64,000 nt of DNA from Corallococcus exercitus (GTDB taxonomy: Bacteria > Myxococcota > Myxococcia > Myxococcales > Myxococcaceae): NCBI RefSeq assembly GCF_042231735.1, contig NZ_CP102577.1, positions 2,847,281-2,911,280 of the forward strand, in the 5' to 3' direction. The translations under genes and the position numbers were made by a program. Below, piece by piece: positions 1-10,005 of this stretch. The notes under the pieces were generated by a model. The model did not search any database. It saw only the letters and a program-made list of their open reading frames with translations, and was not told the DNA's origin. Each line of letters opens with the position of its first letter. Position 1 is the stretch's first letter.

Positions 1-2076
1 CTGGAGCTGCAGCGCACGGACCGCATCTTCGTCATCCTGGTGGAGTACGGCACGCAGATCCACCCGGTGTTCGGCAACCCCACCACCAACCCGGGTGGCA
101 ACATCCCGGGCCCGCTGCACAATGAAATTCCGGCCCCGGACCGGACGGTGGACAACACCACCATCTGGCAGCCGGACTACGACCGCGCGCACTTCGAGAA
201 GCTCTACTTCGACACGACGCCGGGCGCGGACTCGGTGGCGAACTTCTACAAGGCCGCGTCGTCCGGCCGCTACGCCGTGACCGGCGCGGTGTCCGAGTGG
301 GTGAAGGTGCCGTACAACGCCGCCCGCTACGGCAACAACCTGTGCGGCAGCTCCAGCTGCTCCAACTCCGTGTGGCCGCTCATCAGCGACGCCATCAAGT
401 CCTGGACGAACAGCCAGCTGGCCGCCGGCAAGACGCCCGCGGAGATCAAGGCGTACCTGGACACGTTCGACACGTGGGACCGGTATGACCACGACGGCGA
501 CGGCAACTTCGACGAGCCGGACGGCTACATCGACCACTTCCAGATCGTCCACGCGGGCATGGGCGAGGAAGTCGGCGGCGGCGCGCAGGGCCCCAACGCC
601 GTGTGGAGCCACCGCTGGTTCGCGTACAGCAACGGCTCGGGCCCGGACGGCATCGGCCCCGCGTACAACCAGAACGGCGGCACGCGCTTCGGCACCGGCA
701 TCGACAAGTGGGTGGGCGACTACACCATCCAGCCGGAGAACGGCGGACTGGGCGTGTTCGCGCACGAGTACGGCCATGACCTGGGCCTGCCGGACCACTA
801 CGACACGACGAACGCGGCGGACAACGGGACGGGCTTCTGGACCATCATGTCGTCCGGCTCGTACCTGAACGACGGCACCACGGACATCGGCAGCCGTCCG
901 GGTGACTTCTTCGCCTGGGACAAGCTGCAGCTGGGCTGGCTGGACTACGCCACCACGTCGGCGGGCCTGTACTCGTACCACAAGCTGGGCCCCGCGGAGT
1001 TCACGTCGCAGAACGCGAAGCAGGCGCTGGTGGTGAAGCTGCCCGGCAAGCCCATCGTGCAGCCCACGACCGCGCCGTTCGAGGGTCAGGGCATGTGGCA
1101 GGGCGGCCAGGGCAACAACCTGGACCGCGTGCTGGAGAAGACGGTCAAGCTGCCGAACAAGACGCCCATCACCTTCTCCTTCCAGACGTGGTTCGACATC
1201 GAGGAGGACTGGGACTACGCCTACGTCGCCATCTCCGTGGACGGTGGCCCGTTCGTCAACCTGCCCAGCCCCGTGAGCCGTGACACGAACCCCTGGGGCA
1301 ACAACCTGGGCAACGGCATCACCGGCGCGTCCAACGGCTGGATGCCGCTGTCGTTCGACCTGTCCGCCCACGCGGGCAAGAAGGTCACGCTGAAGATCCG
1401 CTACAAGACGGACGCGGCGGAGTTCGGCAAGGGCTTCCTGGTGGACTTCGTGCAGCTGTGGGCGAAGAACACCTACGTCTTCGGTGACGACGGCGAGTGG
1501 GGCCACAAGTGGTGGGACAAGTCGACGTTCTTCGTGACGGACGGCACCAACACCCTCTACGACCACTACTACCTGGCCGAGTGGCGCCAGTTCCGCGGCT
1601 ACGACGAGGGTCTGGCCACGGGCCCGTACAACTACGGCTTCAGCGCGGACGGCCTCTTCGACTGGGCGGAGCGCTACTCGTACAACCCCGGCCTGCTCGT
1701 CACCTACTGGGACACCTCCCAGCAGAACAACAACGTGTCGCAGCACCCGGGTGCGGGCCGCATCCTGCCCATCGACTCGCGCCCGCAGCCCCTGCAGCGC
1801 AGCGACGGCCGCTACTGGTCCGGCCGCGTGCAGACGCACGACGCGACGTTCGGCCTGGACCCCAGCTTCCCGCTGTCGCTCAAGCCCAACGGCTTCCCGC
1901 GCAACGAGTACCCCTCGCAGCCCGCGGTGCCGGTGTTCAACGACACGAACGAGTTCTGGTACGCCACGCAGCCGTACGCCGGCGTGAAGGTCCCGAAGAC
2001 GGGCACCATCATCGAGGTGCTGTCGACGAACAAGACCGACACCGTGATGCAGGTCCAGGTGCGCCCGGTCGAGTGA
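1..2076 (+). CDS. M6 family (immune inhibitor A-like) secreted zinc metalloprotease, 5'-partial (reading frame open from window base 1)
   Basis: Frame 1 has no stop from base 1, and the track ORF 40..2076 begins inside it. The motif FAHEYGHDLGLPDHYD matches the M6/InhA zinc-binding signature HExxHxxGxxD. The protein is about 690 aa with Gly/Asn/Trp-rich beta-rich C-terminal domains. Confidence 0.8.
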   Translation: MELQRTDRIFVILVEYGTQIHPVFGNPTTNPGGNIPGPLHNEIPAPDRTVDNTTIWQPDYDRAHFEKLYFDTTPGADSVANFYKAASSGRYAVTGAVSEWVKVPYNAARYGNNLCGSSSCSNSVWPLISDAIKSWTNSQLAAGKTPAEIKAYLDTFDTWDRYDHDGDGNFDEPDGYIDHFQIVHAGMGEEVGGGAQGPNAVWSHRWFAYSNGSGPDGIGPAYNQNGGTRFGTGIDKWVGDYTIQPENGGLGVFAHEYGHDLGLPDHYDTTNAADNGTGFWTIMSSGSYLNDGTTDIGSRPGDFFAWDKLQLGWLDYATTSAGLYSYHKLGPAEFTSQNAKQALVVKLPGKPIVQPTTAPFEGQGMWQGGQGNNLDRVLEKTVKLPNKTPITFSFQTWFDIEEDWDYAYVAISVDGGPFVNLPSPVSRDTNPWGNNLGNGITGASNGWMPLSFDLSAHAGKKVTLKIRYKTDAAEFGKGFLVDFVQLWAKNTYVFGDDGEWGHKWWDKSTFFVTDGTNTLYDHYYLAEWRQFRGYDEGLATGPYNYGFSADGLFDWAERYSYNPGLLVTYWDTSQQNNNVSQHPGAGRILPIDSRPQPLQRSDGRYWSGRVQTHDATFGLDPSFPLSLKPNGFPRNEYPSQPAVPVFNDTNEFWYATQPYAGVKVPKTGTIIEVLSTNKTDTVMQVQVRPVE

Positions 2077-2112
2077 GCGCCTGACCGTCGTCATCGCTGA
2101 GCAGTGAAGGAA

Positions 2113-2153
2113 GGCCGGTCCCGCTTCGACGCGGGGCCGGCCTTTCGCTTTCG
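2113..2153 (+). terminator. Putative intrinsic terminator downstream of the protease gene
   Basis: GC-rich inverted repeat ggccggtcccgc / gcggggccggcc with a 6-nt loop, followed by tttcgctttcg. Confidence 0.4.
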
Positions 2154-2235
2154 TGCGGACACCTGGCGCAGGCGTTGAAGGAATCCGGACACCCGGCCCA
2201 CGCCCACGGATGACGAACGCGCGCGGGGCGCTACG

Positions 2236-3213
2236 GTGCCCCCCATGGCCGAGTGCCCCGTGGGCGGTCCCGCCTCCCCTTCCCCTCCTCCCGAACCGCC
2301 CTCCGACGTCGCGCGCACCGTGGCGCTGGAGCCCGCGGATCCGCTCTCCGTCCTCAACCAGGCGTTCCGCGATGCGTACGCCGCGCGCCGGGAGGCGGTG
2401 CTGTCACGCATGGGCCCCGTCATCGCGCAGATCGACGACGTGCTCATCCTGCGCAAGGGCGGCCAGCGCTTCGAGGCCCCCGCGCGCACGCGCCGCTACC
2501 ACGAGTACAAGGCCGTCACCCACGTCCCCCTCGCGCTCCACGTCCTGCTCGCCAGCCAGCAGGACGCGCTCGATGACGACACCCGAACGCGCCTCGCCAC
2601 GCTGCGCGGCCTCATCACCGCGTCGGCCACGAGCCTGGACACCCGCGGCCTCCCGGCCGAAGCGCTGGCGCGGCAGCGCCGGATGCTCGACGCGTCGCTC
2701 GCGCTCGTGGACGCCGTGCTGGCCGCGAACCGCGTGACGCAGGCACAGCTCTCCACGTTCATCCACGCCCAGGTGCCGGACCTCATGAAGAACGCGGAGG
2801 ACTCGGCGAGGGATCAAATCGACACGATGCACGCGTCGGTCGAAGCGTGGAAACGCCAGATGACCGCCGAGGAGCGCGGCCAGCTTCGCGCGGTGGTGGC
2901 CGCCTCGCACATGTCGCGGCCCGGCAACGTGGCGGCGCAATACTTCTCCATCACCCTGGGCGACACCTGGGAGGGGCGCTTCCACGAGGAGGATCAACAG
3001 CCCGGCAAGCGCGTCCTCTCCTCGGAGGCGACGTTCGACGAGCCCGCGGCGTTCTCGCTGCTGGCCACGCACGTGCTGGACGCGCGCACGTCGCGCGGCA
3101 TCTTCGGCGAGGAGACGCGCATGGCCCGGGACCTGCTCGCGGACGCGGCCGAGCGCATCCTCGCGGACATGTTCCACACGTCGCCCCAGCCGCCCGGCAC
3201 GAGCACGCCGTAG
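2236..3213 (+). CDS. Hypothetical protein. The start is uncertain; an alternative ATG lies near 2410.
   Basis: Long ORF with codon usage typical of the surrounding genes and no family signature that I recognise. It converges on the histidine kinase gene with a 3-bp gap. Confidence 0.45.
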   Translation: MPPMAECPVGGPASPSPPPEPPSDVARTVALEPADPLSVLNQAFRDAYAARREAVLSRMGPVIAQIDDVLILRKGGQRFEAPARTRRYHEYKAVTHVPLALHVLLASQQDALDDDTRTRLATLRGLITASATSLDTRGLPAEALARQRRMLDASLALVDAVLAANRVTQAQLSTFIHAQVPDLMKNAEDSARDQIDTMHASVEAWKRQMTAEERGQLRAVVAASHMSRPGNVAAQYFSITLGDTWEGRFHEEDQQPGKRVLSSEATFDEPAAFSLLATHVLDARTSRGIFGEETRMARDLLADAAERILADMFHTSPQPPGTSTP

Positions 3214-3216
3214 CGC

Positions 3217-4908
3217 TCAGGGCCGCGTGAGCGGCAGCTCCACCTTGAACGTCGCGCCCTCGCCCAGGCGGCTGTCCACGGACACGCTCCCGCCCTCGGC
3301 CTCCACGATGGTGCGGGTGAGGTAGAGGCCCAGCCCCAGGCCTCCGTAGTGGCGCTCGGACACCGCGCGGCCGTAGCGCTCGAAGAGGCGGGGCCGCTGC
3401 TCCGGCGAGATGCCGATGCCCCCGTCGCGCACCGTGAGCCGGGCCACGGCCCCGTCCACCGCGAGCCCCACGGACACCGGCGCGCCAGGGCTGTACTTGA
3501 GCGCGTTGTCCAGCAGGTGATCCAACACCTGCGCCAGCCGGGCCCGGTCGAAGCTGCCGTGCACCGGCCCCGGCGCCTCCACGCGGAAGTCGCAGTGCTC
3601 CACGGCGAACCTGGGCGCGAACCGCGCGGCCACCTCGCGCACCACCTCCGCGACGTCCACGTCCTCGCGCTGCAGGCGGAAGGTGCCGGCGCTGATGCGC
3701 GACACGTCCAGCAGGTCGTTCATCAGCTCCGTGAGCCGGCGGACCTGGCGGTGCCCCGTCTCCACGTGCGCCTCGATGACGGGCGCGAGCGGCGAGTCCG
3801 GATGCGCCTTCACCGCGCGCGACAGCGCCTGGAGCTTCAGGCTCAGCGGCGTGAGCGGCGTCTTCAGCTCATGGCTCGCGACGGACAGGAACTCGTCGCG
3901 CAGGCGGATGGCGTCGCGCGCGCCCTGCAAGAGCCGCGCGTTGTCCACCGCGAGCGCGGCCAGGTTCGCCAGCTCCTGGGCGAACCGGAGGTCGTCGTCG
4001 CCATAGCGGCGGCCGGAGGTGGTGACCAGGAAGGTCAGCGCCCCCAGGATGTGGCCCCGCGCCAGCAGCGGCACCGTGAGCATGGAGCGCATGCCCACCG
4101 TGCGCATCATCGCCAGGTGGTCCGCGTCCTGCGCCACGGCCTTCATCAGCGCGTCCGTGACCTCCGGCACCAGCGTGGACCGGCCGGTCGCCAGCGCCAC
4201 CGAGGGAGGATAGATGGGCCGCTCCCGGGGCACCGGCGGCAGCCGCTGCACGGCGGCTGCGAGCGGCGCCAGGGACGGATCCGCCGTCGCCACCTGGACG
4301 CGCTCGAAGTGCCCATCCGCGTGCAGAATGTCCACGATGCACCAGTCCGCGAGCGCCGACACGGACAGCCTCGCCAGCGACGCGAACGTGGCGGCGGCGT
4401 CCAGCGACGACGAGAACAGCTCGCTGGCCCGCGCCAGGAACGCGGCGCGCTCCTCGCCCAGGGCCTGCGCCTGGATGTCGATGCAGGTGCCCACCCACTC
4501 GCGCACGGCGCCATCCGGCCCCAGCACCGGCATGCCCCGGACGAGCATCCACACGTAGGCGCCATCCGCGCGGCGCAGCCGGTAGCGCGTGGAGTACAGC
4601 TGGTTCCCGGCCCGGGCCTGCTCCCACGCCGCCAGCGCCCCTTCCCGGTCGTCCGGGTGCAGGGCCTGGAGCCAGCCCCGGTTGCGCAGCTGCTCCGGGG
4701 GCTGCCCGGTGAAGGCCGTCCACGAGGGGGAGATGGGCGACCGCGCGTCGCCCATGCGACTCGTCCAGGTGACGGTCGCCGCGGTCTCGAGCAACCGGCG
4801 GAGCCGTTCAGCCTCCTGGCGCAGCAGGGCCACCTCCTCCCGCAGCGCGGCCTCCGCGCCGGCGGCGGGAGCCGGGGGACCGTCTGGCTTGACGAGGGGG
4901 GACGTCAT
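3217..4908 (-). CDS. Sensor histidine kinase (PAS - GAF - HisKA - HATPase_c)
   Basis: H-box SHELKTPLT; a G1/G2 ATPase region VRDGGIGISPEQRPRLFERYGR...GGLGLGLYLTRTIVEAEGG; an N-terminal PAS-like block (PISPSWTAFTGQPPEQLRNRGWLQALHPDD...YRLRRADGAYVWM); and a central GAF-like segment. Confidence 0.85.
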   Translation of the reverse strand: MTSPLVKPDGPPAPAAGAEAALREEVALLRQEAERLRRLLETAATVTWTSRMGDARSPISPSWTAFTGQPPEQLRNRGWLQALHPDDREGALAAWEQARAGNQLYSTRYRLRRADGAYVWMLVRGMPVLGPDGAVREWVGTCIDIQAQALGEERAAFLARASELFSSSLDAAATFASLARLSVSALADWCIVDILHADGHFERVQVATADPSLAPLAAAVQRLPPVPRERPIYPPSVALATGRSTLVPEVTDALMKAVAQDADHLAMMRTVGMRSMLTVPLLARGHILGALTFLVTTSGRRYGDDDLRFAQELANLAALAVDNARLLQGARDAIRLRDEFLSVASHELKTPLTPLSLKLQALSRAVKAHPDSPLAPVIEAHVETGHRQVRRLTELMNDLLDVSRISAGTFRLQREDVDVAEVVREVAARFAPRFAVEHCDFRVEAPGPVHGSFDRARLAQVLDHLLDNALKYSPGAPVSVGLAVDGAVARLTVRDGGIGISPEQRPRLFERYGRAVSERHYGGLGLGLYLTRTIVEAEGGSVSVDSRLGEGATFKVELPLTRP

Positions 4909-4917
4909 CGGCGGGCC

Positions 4918-5934
4918 TCAGTACACGTTGTACTTGGCCCGGAGTGCCTCGTGCTCCTGCGCGTTGCGGGACGGGCGCAGGACCTTCTGCGCGTCGTGCA
5001 GGTAGTACCAGTAGTCGCTCTTCACCGGCCGCAGCGCGGCGAGCAGCGAGTCCACCGTGGGCGCGCCAATGGGGCCCGGCGGCAGGCCCGCGCGGGTGCG
5101 CGAGTTCCACGGATCCGAGTTGTCCCGCAGCCGCTTGAGGAACGCCTTGCGGTCGTTCCACTCCGCGAGCTCGTAGCGGCTGGTCGCGTCCACGCCCAGC
5201 GGGAAGCCCTTGTCCACGCGCTTCCAGAGGATGCCCGCGACGAGCGCGCGCTGGGACGGCACCGGCTCCTCGCGCTCCAGCATGGAGGCCATCACGACGA
5301 TGTCGTGCAGCGACCGGCCGCTCTTGGCGATCTCCTCCTGGTGCGCGTCGTAGAAGCGGGCGCGGAAGGTGTCGATCTGCCGCTGGATGAACGCCTCCAC
5401 CTTGAAGTTCTCCGCGACGATGCCGTACGTCTCCGGGTACAGGTACCCCTCCAGGCTGCGCGTGGGCAGCGGGAACGGCGCCGTGAAGCGGTCCGGGCGG
5501 CTGGCCGCGGCGATGTACTCGCCCGGCTTGATGAGGCCCTGGGCGGCGAGCACCTGGTCGGTGTCGCGCAGGCGCCAGCCTTCAATCATCGCGAAGGGCA
5601 CGTCCTCCGGCAGCGGCGGGCCTTCCAGCGCGGTGGCCAGCTCCGCCACGGACGCGGTGGGGCTCAGCATGAAGCGGCCGGCCTTCACGTTGAGGCTGCC
5701 CCGGCGCCACAGGTGAAAGCGCCACACCGTGGGGTCGTCCAGGAAGCCCTGGGCCTGGAGCTGCTGGCCCAGCGAGCGCGCGGACGCGCCCTTCTTCACC
5801 ACGAACTCCTTGGGCGCCGGATCCGCCGCCGCGTTGGGTGCGGTGGTGGCGTTCTGGAAGTGCATGAACACGCCGCCTGCACCCGCGACCGCCAGGACGA
5901 TGAGCACGAGGAGCGCGACCAGGATCTTCTTCAT
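4918..5934 (-). CDS. mltG: Endolytic murein transglycosylase MltG (YceG-like)
   Basis: Starts MKKILVALLVLIVLAVAG with one N-terminal TM helix, then a YceG-like domain of about 339 aa. The in-frame start was chosen at the internal ATG (complement of 5932-5934) rather than the track start at 6060. Confidence 0.8.
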   Translation of the reverse strand: MKKILVALLVLIVLAVAGAGGVFMHFQNATTAPNAAADPAPKEFVVKKGASARSLGQQLQAQGFLDDPTVWRFHLWRRGSLNVKAGRFMLSPTASVAELATALEGPPLPEDVPFAMIEGWRLRDTDQVLAAQGLIKPGEYIAAASRPDRFTAPFPLPTRSLEGYLYPETYGIVAENFKVEAFIQRQIDTFRARFYDAHQEEIAKSGRSLHDIVVMASMLEREEPVPSQRALVAGILWKRVDKGFPLGVDATSRYELAEWNDRKAFLKRLRDNSDPWNSRTRAGLPPGPIGAPTVDSLLAALRPVKSDYWYYLHDAQKVLRPSRNAQEHEALRAKYNVY

Positions 5935-6071
5935 GGGGCGCCAACCTATCAAAGGCCCTGACGCTTCCAACGAGAACCACCTGTCACGCAGCCGGGCAGG
6001 CGGACGCAAGCGCCCCCTTCTCAACACCGGCCAGCATGGACGGCCTGGCCCAGGGGCCATGAGACGGCGCC

Positions 6072-6860
6072 TCAGCTCACCGGGACGTGCAGGGACAGCT
6101 CGGCCGGCGTGAGGATTTCACAGCCGTCGCGGGTGACGAGCACGGTGTGCTCGAACTGGGCGGACAGGCTGCCGTCCGCGGTCACGATGGTCCACCCGTC
6201 CGGCATCATCCGGATGTCCGGGCGCCCCAGGTTCACCATGGGTTCAATGGTGAGGACCATCCCCGAGCGCAGCGTGATGCCGGTGCCCGCCTTCCCCACG
6301 TGCGGGACGTGCGGCTCCCCGTGCATCTGCCGGCCGATGCCGTGGCCCCCGAACTCCTCCACCACGCTGCACCCCTCCGCCTTCGCCAGCGCCATCACCG
6401 CCGCGCCGATGTCCCCCAGCCGCGCGCCGTGCCGCACCACCGACACGCCCACGTCCCGGCACCGCCGCGCCACGTCCACGACGTGCCTGGCGTCGGCGGA
6501 GACCTCGCCAATCATGAACGTGGCGGACGTGTCGCCGTGGAAGCCGTCCAGGTGCGTCGTCACGTCCACGTTGATGATGTCCCCGGGCTTGAGCACTTCA
6601 TCCGCGCGCGGGACGCCGTGGCACACCACGTGGTTGCGGCTGGTGCACACCGTGGAGGGGAAGCCCTTGTACCCAAGCTGGCTCGGGGTGCCGCCCCGCC
6701 GCGCCGTGTCCTCGCGAACCCACGCGTCGATGTCCGCCGTCGTCACGCCTGGCTGGAGCCGCGAGCCCACATGCGCCAGCGTGCCCGCCGCCGCGCGGCC
6801 CGCGAGCCGCAGCCGTTCCACTTCACTGCCCTTGAAGAGAGGGATGCCCATGCCGGGCAA
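6072..6860 (-). CDS. map: Type I methionine aminopeptidase
   Basis: Full-length match to MAP type I (pita-bread fold). Metal ligand residues are in conserved context: DIINVDVTTHLDGFHGDTSATF, HGIGRQMHGEP, LTIEPM, FEHTVLVT. Confidence 0.9.
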   Translation of the reverse strand: MPGMGIPLFKGSEVERLRLAGRAAAGTLAHVGSRLQPGVTTADIDAWVREDTARRGGTPSQLGYKGFPSTVCTSRNHVVCHGVPRADEVLKPGDIINVDVTTHLDGFHGDTSATFMIGEVSADARHVVDVARRCRDVGVSVVRHGARLGDIGAAVMALAKAEGCSVVEEFGGHGIGRQMHGEPHVPHVGKAGTGITLRSGMVLTIEPMVNLGRPDIRMMPDGWTIVTADGSLSAQFEHTVLVTRDGCEILTPAELSLHVPVS

Positions 6861-6876
6861 GGTGGCACCCGCCCTT

Positions 6877-6900
6877 CCAGAACGTCCAATGCTGTTCTGG
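6877..6900. promoter_or_regulatory. Dyad-symmetric element CCAGAAC-N10-GTTCTGG in the divergent map / LysR-fragment intergenic region (T-N11-A-like LTTR operator candidate)
   Basis: The inverted repeat ccagaac gtccaatgct gttctgg is seen directly in the sequence. It lies about 17 bp upstream of the map start and about 55 bp upstream of the HTH-only LysR ORF. Confidence 0.25.
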
Positions 6901-6952
6901 CATCACGCGGGCGCGTGCACGGCGCGCACGTCCCGCGCTAGCATCCGCGCGC

Positions 6953-7246
6953 GTGAGCATCACGCACCTCCAGTCCTTCGTCGCGGTGGCGGAAGAGGGC
7001 CACGTGGGCCGGGCCGCGCGCCGGCTGCACATCACCCAGCCGCCGCTCAGCCGTCACATCCTCGCCCTGGAGGACGAGCTGGGCACGCCCCTCTTCGAGC
7101 GCGTTCCCAAGGGCATGCGCCTGTTGCCCACCGGCGAGGCCCTGCTCCAGCACGCGCGCCGCATCCTCGCGGAGGTGGAGGTCGCCACCCGCACCGTGCG
7201 CGAGGCGGCCCGCGGCTCCGGGGACCCCAAGCCGCCTCCCGCCTGA
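6953..7246 (+). pseudogene. Truncated LysR-family regulator: only the N-terminal wHTH domain (97 aa) is present and the effector-binding domain is missing
   Basis: MSITHLQSFVAVAEEGHVGRAARRLHITQPPLSRHILALEDELGTPLFER... is the canonical LTTR HTH. The ORF stops after about 95 aa, and the helicase gene on the opposite strand ends 4 bp later, leaving no room for a substrate-binding domain. Confidence 0.4.
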
Positions 7247-7249
7247 CGG

Positions 7250-9811
7250 CTACGACCAGGCGGCCATGCCGCCAATGCGGCGCAGCATCAGGATGGGGCC
7301 GTCGTCCATGCGCCGGCCGCGCAAATCAATCTCGCAGTCGATGACCCAGTCCCCATGGCCCTCGGGGTCCATGATGCGCTGCTGGGCCTCCCACTGGCGC
7401 GTGCCCGTCTCCTTGAGCTGCGTGTTCGCCGGCTTGCGCGCCTGGGGCGTGAGCACCACCAGCTTGTGCTCCTCGAAGTACGGCGCCATGGCCTGCTCCA
7501 GCTTCGGCGCGGTCCACTCCCCCAGCGCGTTGTCCAGCATGCCCAGCGCGTCCAGGAAGCGGCGCTGGCCCAGCGCGCGCAGCAGCCGGTGCAGCTCCTC
7601 GCGCACGCGCGCGGCGAAGGCCCGGGGGTCCTCCGTGAGCTCCTTGGGCTTCAGGTCCACCACCGGCTTCACTTCGACCGGGGCCTCCGGGTTGCGCATC
7701 CGCTCCCACTCGTCCAGGAGGCTGGAGTCCACCTGCCGCAGCGTCGCGCGCAGGTGGTCGATGATGTCGTCCAGGTCCTCGTTGCGGAACTTCTCCGGTA
7801 CCGTCTGCACCAGCGACTTGTAGACGTCCCCCACGTAGCGCAGCAGCACGCCCTCGCTGCGCTGCAGGCCGTACTCACGCACGTAGTCGTGGAAGGACAT
7901 GAAGCGCTCGAACATGTCCCGGACGATGGACTTGGGCCGGATGTTCTCCTCGCCCACCCACGGGTGCTTCTTCGCGAAGGCGTTGAAGGTGCCGTAGACG
8001 AACTCGCGGTTGGGCTTGGGCCACTCCAGCTTCTCCAGCTCCTCCATGCGGTCGTCGTACTCCACGCCCCGCGCCTTCATCTCCTGGATCTTCTCTCCCT
8101 TCAGCTGGTGCAGCTGCGCGTACAGCACCACCTCCGGGTTCTCCAGGATGGACTCCACCAGCGTGACGACGTCCAGCGCGTACGTCTCCAGCGTGGGATC
8201 CAAGAGTTCCAGCGTCTCGTGCAGGTACAGGGACAGCGTGTGGTTGAGGCTGAAGTCGCGCTGCAGGTCCTCGGACACCTCCACCGTCGCGGAGTGCTTC
8301 TCCCACTGCACCACCTTCACGATGCCCGCGTCGCGCAGCGTGCGGAAGTACATCGCCGCGTCCTTGAGCAGCTTCTTCTTCGTGTAGTCGGAGCTGTGCG
8401 AGCGCATCACCAGCTGCACCAGCCGCTTGTAGCCGCCGCTGCCCTCCGTCTTGTCGCTCTGGAGCAGGTTGAGCAAGAGGCCGTGGCTCACGTCGAAGCG
8501 CGACTCCAGCGGCTCCGGCAGCCCGTTCTGGAGCCGCTCGAAGGTGCTCTTGTCGTACTGCACGAAGCCCTTCTGCGGCGGCTTCGCCTTGGGCGACTTC
8601 TTCTTGCCCGCGGCCTCCTTCGCTGCCTGGCGGATGTTTTCAATCATGTACTCCGGGGCCTGCGCCACCACGCTGCCCTCGGTGTCGAAGCCCTTGCGGC
8701 CCGCGCGGCCGGCGATCTGCTTGAAGTCGCGCACGCTCAACGTCGCCAGCTTCTCGCCGTTGAACTTGAACAGCTGCGTGAAGAGCACCGTGCGGATGGG
8801 GATGTTCACGCCCACGCCCAGCGTGTCCGTGCCGCTGATGACCTTGAGCAGGCCCTGCTGCGCCAGCTTCTCCACCAGCAGCCGGTACTTGGGCAGGAGG
8901 CCCGCGTGGTGCATGCCGATGCCGTGGCGCAGGTAGCGCTGGAAGTCCTTGCCGTAGGGCGTGTCGAAGGGGGCGTCCAGCAGCGCCTGGCGGATCTCCT
9001 CCTTCTCTTCCTTCGTGTTGAAGTCCACGGACATCAGGTTTTGCGCCTGCTCGGCCGCGGCCCGCTGCGTGAAGTTCACCAGGTACACGGGGTACTTCCC
9101 GCGCGCGATGAGGTCCTGGATGGTCTCGTGCAGCGGCACCTCGCGGTAGTCGAAGTCCAGCGGCACGGGGCGCTCGGAGCTTCGCACCGTGGCCACCTCG
9201 CGGCCGGTGAGCTTCGCCAGGCTCTGCTCGATGACGTGCGTGTCGCCCAGCGTGGCGGACATCAGCAGGAACTGCGTCCTGGGCAGCGCCAGCAGCGGAA
9301 TCTGCCAGGCCACCCCGCGCTCCTTGTCGGAGTAGTAGTGGAACTCGTCCATCACCACCGCGTCCACGCGCGCGGACGCGTCGCGCAGCGCGAGGTTGGA
9401 CAGGATCTCCGCCGTGCAGCAGAGGATGGGCGCCTCGCGGTTGATGGACGCGTCGCCCGTGAGCATGCCCACGTTCTCCGGGCCGAAGGCCTTGGAGAGC
9501 GCGAAGAACTTCTCGTTCACCAGCGCCTTGATGGGGCACGTGTAGAACGACACCTTGCCCTCGGCCATGGCCTTGAAGTGGAGCGCCATGGCGACGAGCG
9601 ACTTGCCGGAGCCGGTGGGCGTCTTGAGGAACAGGTGCTTGTCGCTCAGGAGTTCCAGGATGGCCTCCTCCTGGGCGGAGTACAGGCTCAGCCCGTTCGT
9701 GGCCACGTAGCTCACGAAGCGGTTGAGGATCTCATCGGCGTCGAGACGGGGCTCACCGGGCCTGGGCAGCAGGGCGGCGAGCGGGGCGCGGGTGTCGGCG
9801 GAGGCACTCAT
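7250..9811 (-). CDS. DEAD/DEAH-box (Ski2-like, DExH) helicase with a long C-terminal domain (DUF3516-like)
   Basis: Walker A TPTGSGKSLVA, DEFH box (VVMDEFHYY), SAT motif (LMSATLGD), and a helicase C-terminal block (LLKVISGTDTLGVGVNIPIRTVLF, QIAGRAGRKG). The protein is 853 aa. Confidence 0.75.
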   Translation of the reverse strand: MSASADTRAPLAALLPRPGEPRLDADEILNRFVSYVATNGLSLYSAQEEAILELLSDKHLFLKTPTGSGKSLVAMALHFKAMAEGKVSFYTCPIKALVNEKFFALSKAFGPENVGMLTGDASINREAPILCCTAEILSNLALRDASARVDAVVMDEFHYYSDKERGVAWQIPLLALPRTQFLLMSATLGDTHVIEQSLAKLTGREVATVRSSERPVPLDFDYREVPLHETIQDLIARGKYPVYLVNFTQRAAAEQAQNLMSVDFNTKEEKEEIRQALLDAPFDTPYGKDFQRYLRHGIGMHHAGLLPKYRLLVEKLAQQGLLKVISGTDTLGVGVNIPIRTVLFTQLFKFNGEKLATLSVRDFKQIAGRAGRKGFDTEGSVVAQAPEYMIENIRQAAKEAAGKKKSPKAKPPQKGFVQYDKSTFERLQNGLPEPLESRFDVSHGLLLNLLQSDKTEGSGGYKRLVQLVMRSHSSDYTKKKLLKDAAMYFRTLRDAGIVKVVQWEKHSATVEVSEDLQRDFSLNHTLSLYLHETLELLDPTLETYALDVVTLVESILENPEVVLYAQLHQLKGEKIQEMKARGVEYDDRMEELEKLEWPKPNREFVYGTFNAFAKKHPWVGEENIRPKSIVRDMFERFMSFHDYVREYGLQRSEGVLLRYVGDVYKSLVQTVPEKFRNEDLDDIIDHLRATLRQVDSSLLDEWERMRNPEAPVEVKPVVDLKPKELTEDPRAFAARVREELHRLLRALGQRRFLDALGMLDNALGEWTAPKLEQAMAPYFEEHKLVVLTPQARKPANTQLKETGTRQWEAQQRIMDPEGHGDWVIDCEIDLRGRRMDDGPILMLRRIGGMAAWS

Positions 9812-10005
9812 CGGCCCCCGACTCTAGGGGGTGCCGCCCGGTCCCCGGGAAAAATCACGCGTCCCACGCCCCTCCCGGTGCCCGGACAGGCTCCCTGGCT
9901 GCCCGGCCTGTGCACCCGGGCACATTGGCAACGGCTGAAGCGCGCATGGCCACGGACGGAACGCCTCCCCATCCTGCCCCCGCGACATTCACGGGGGGTT
10001 GAGAC

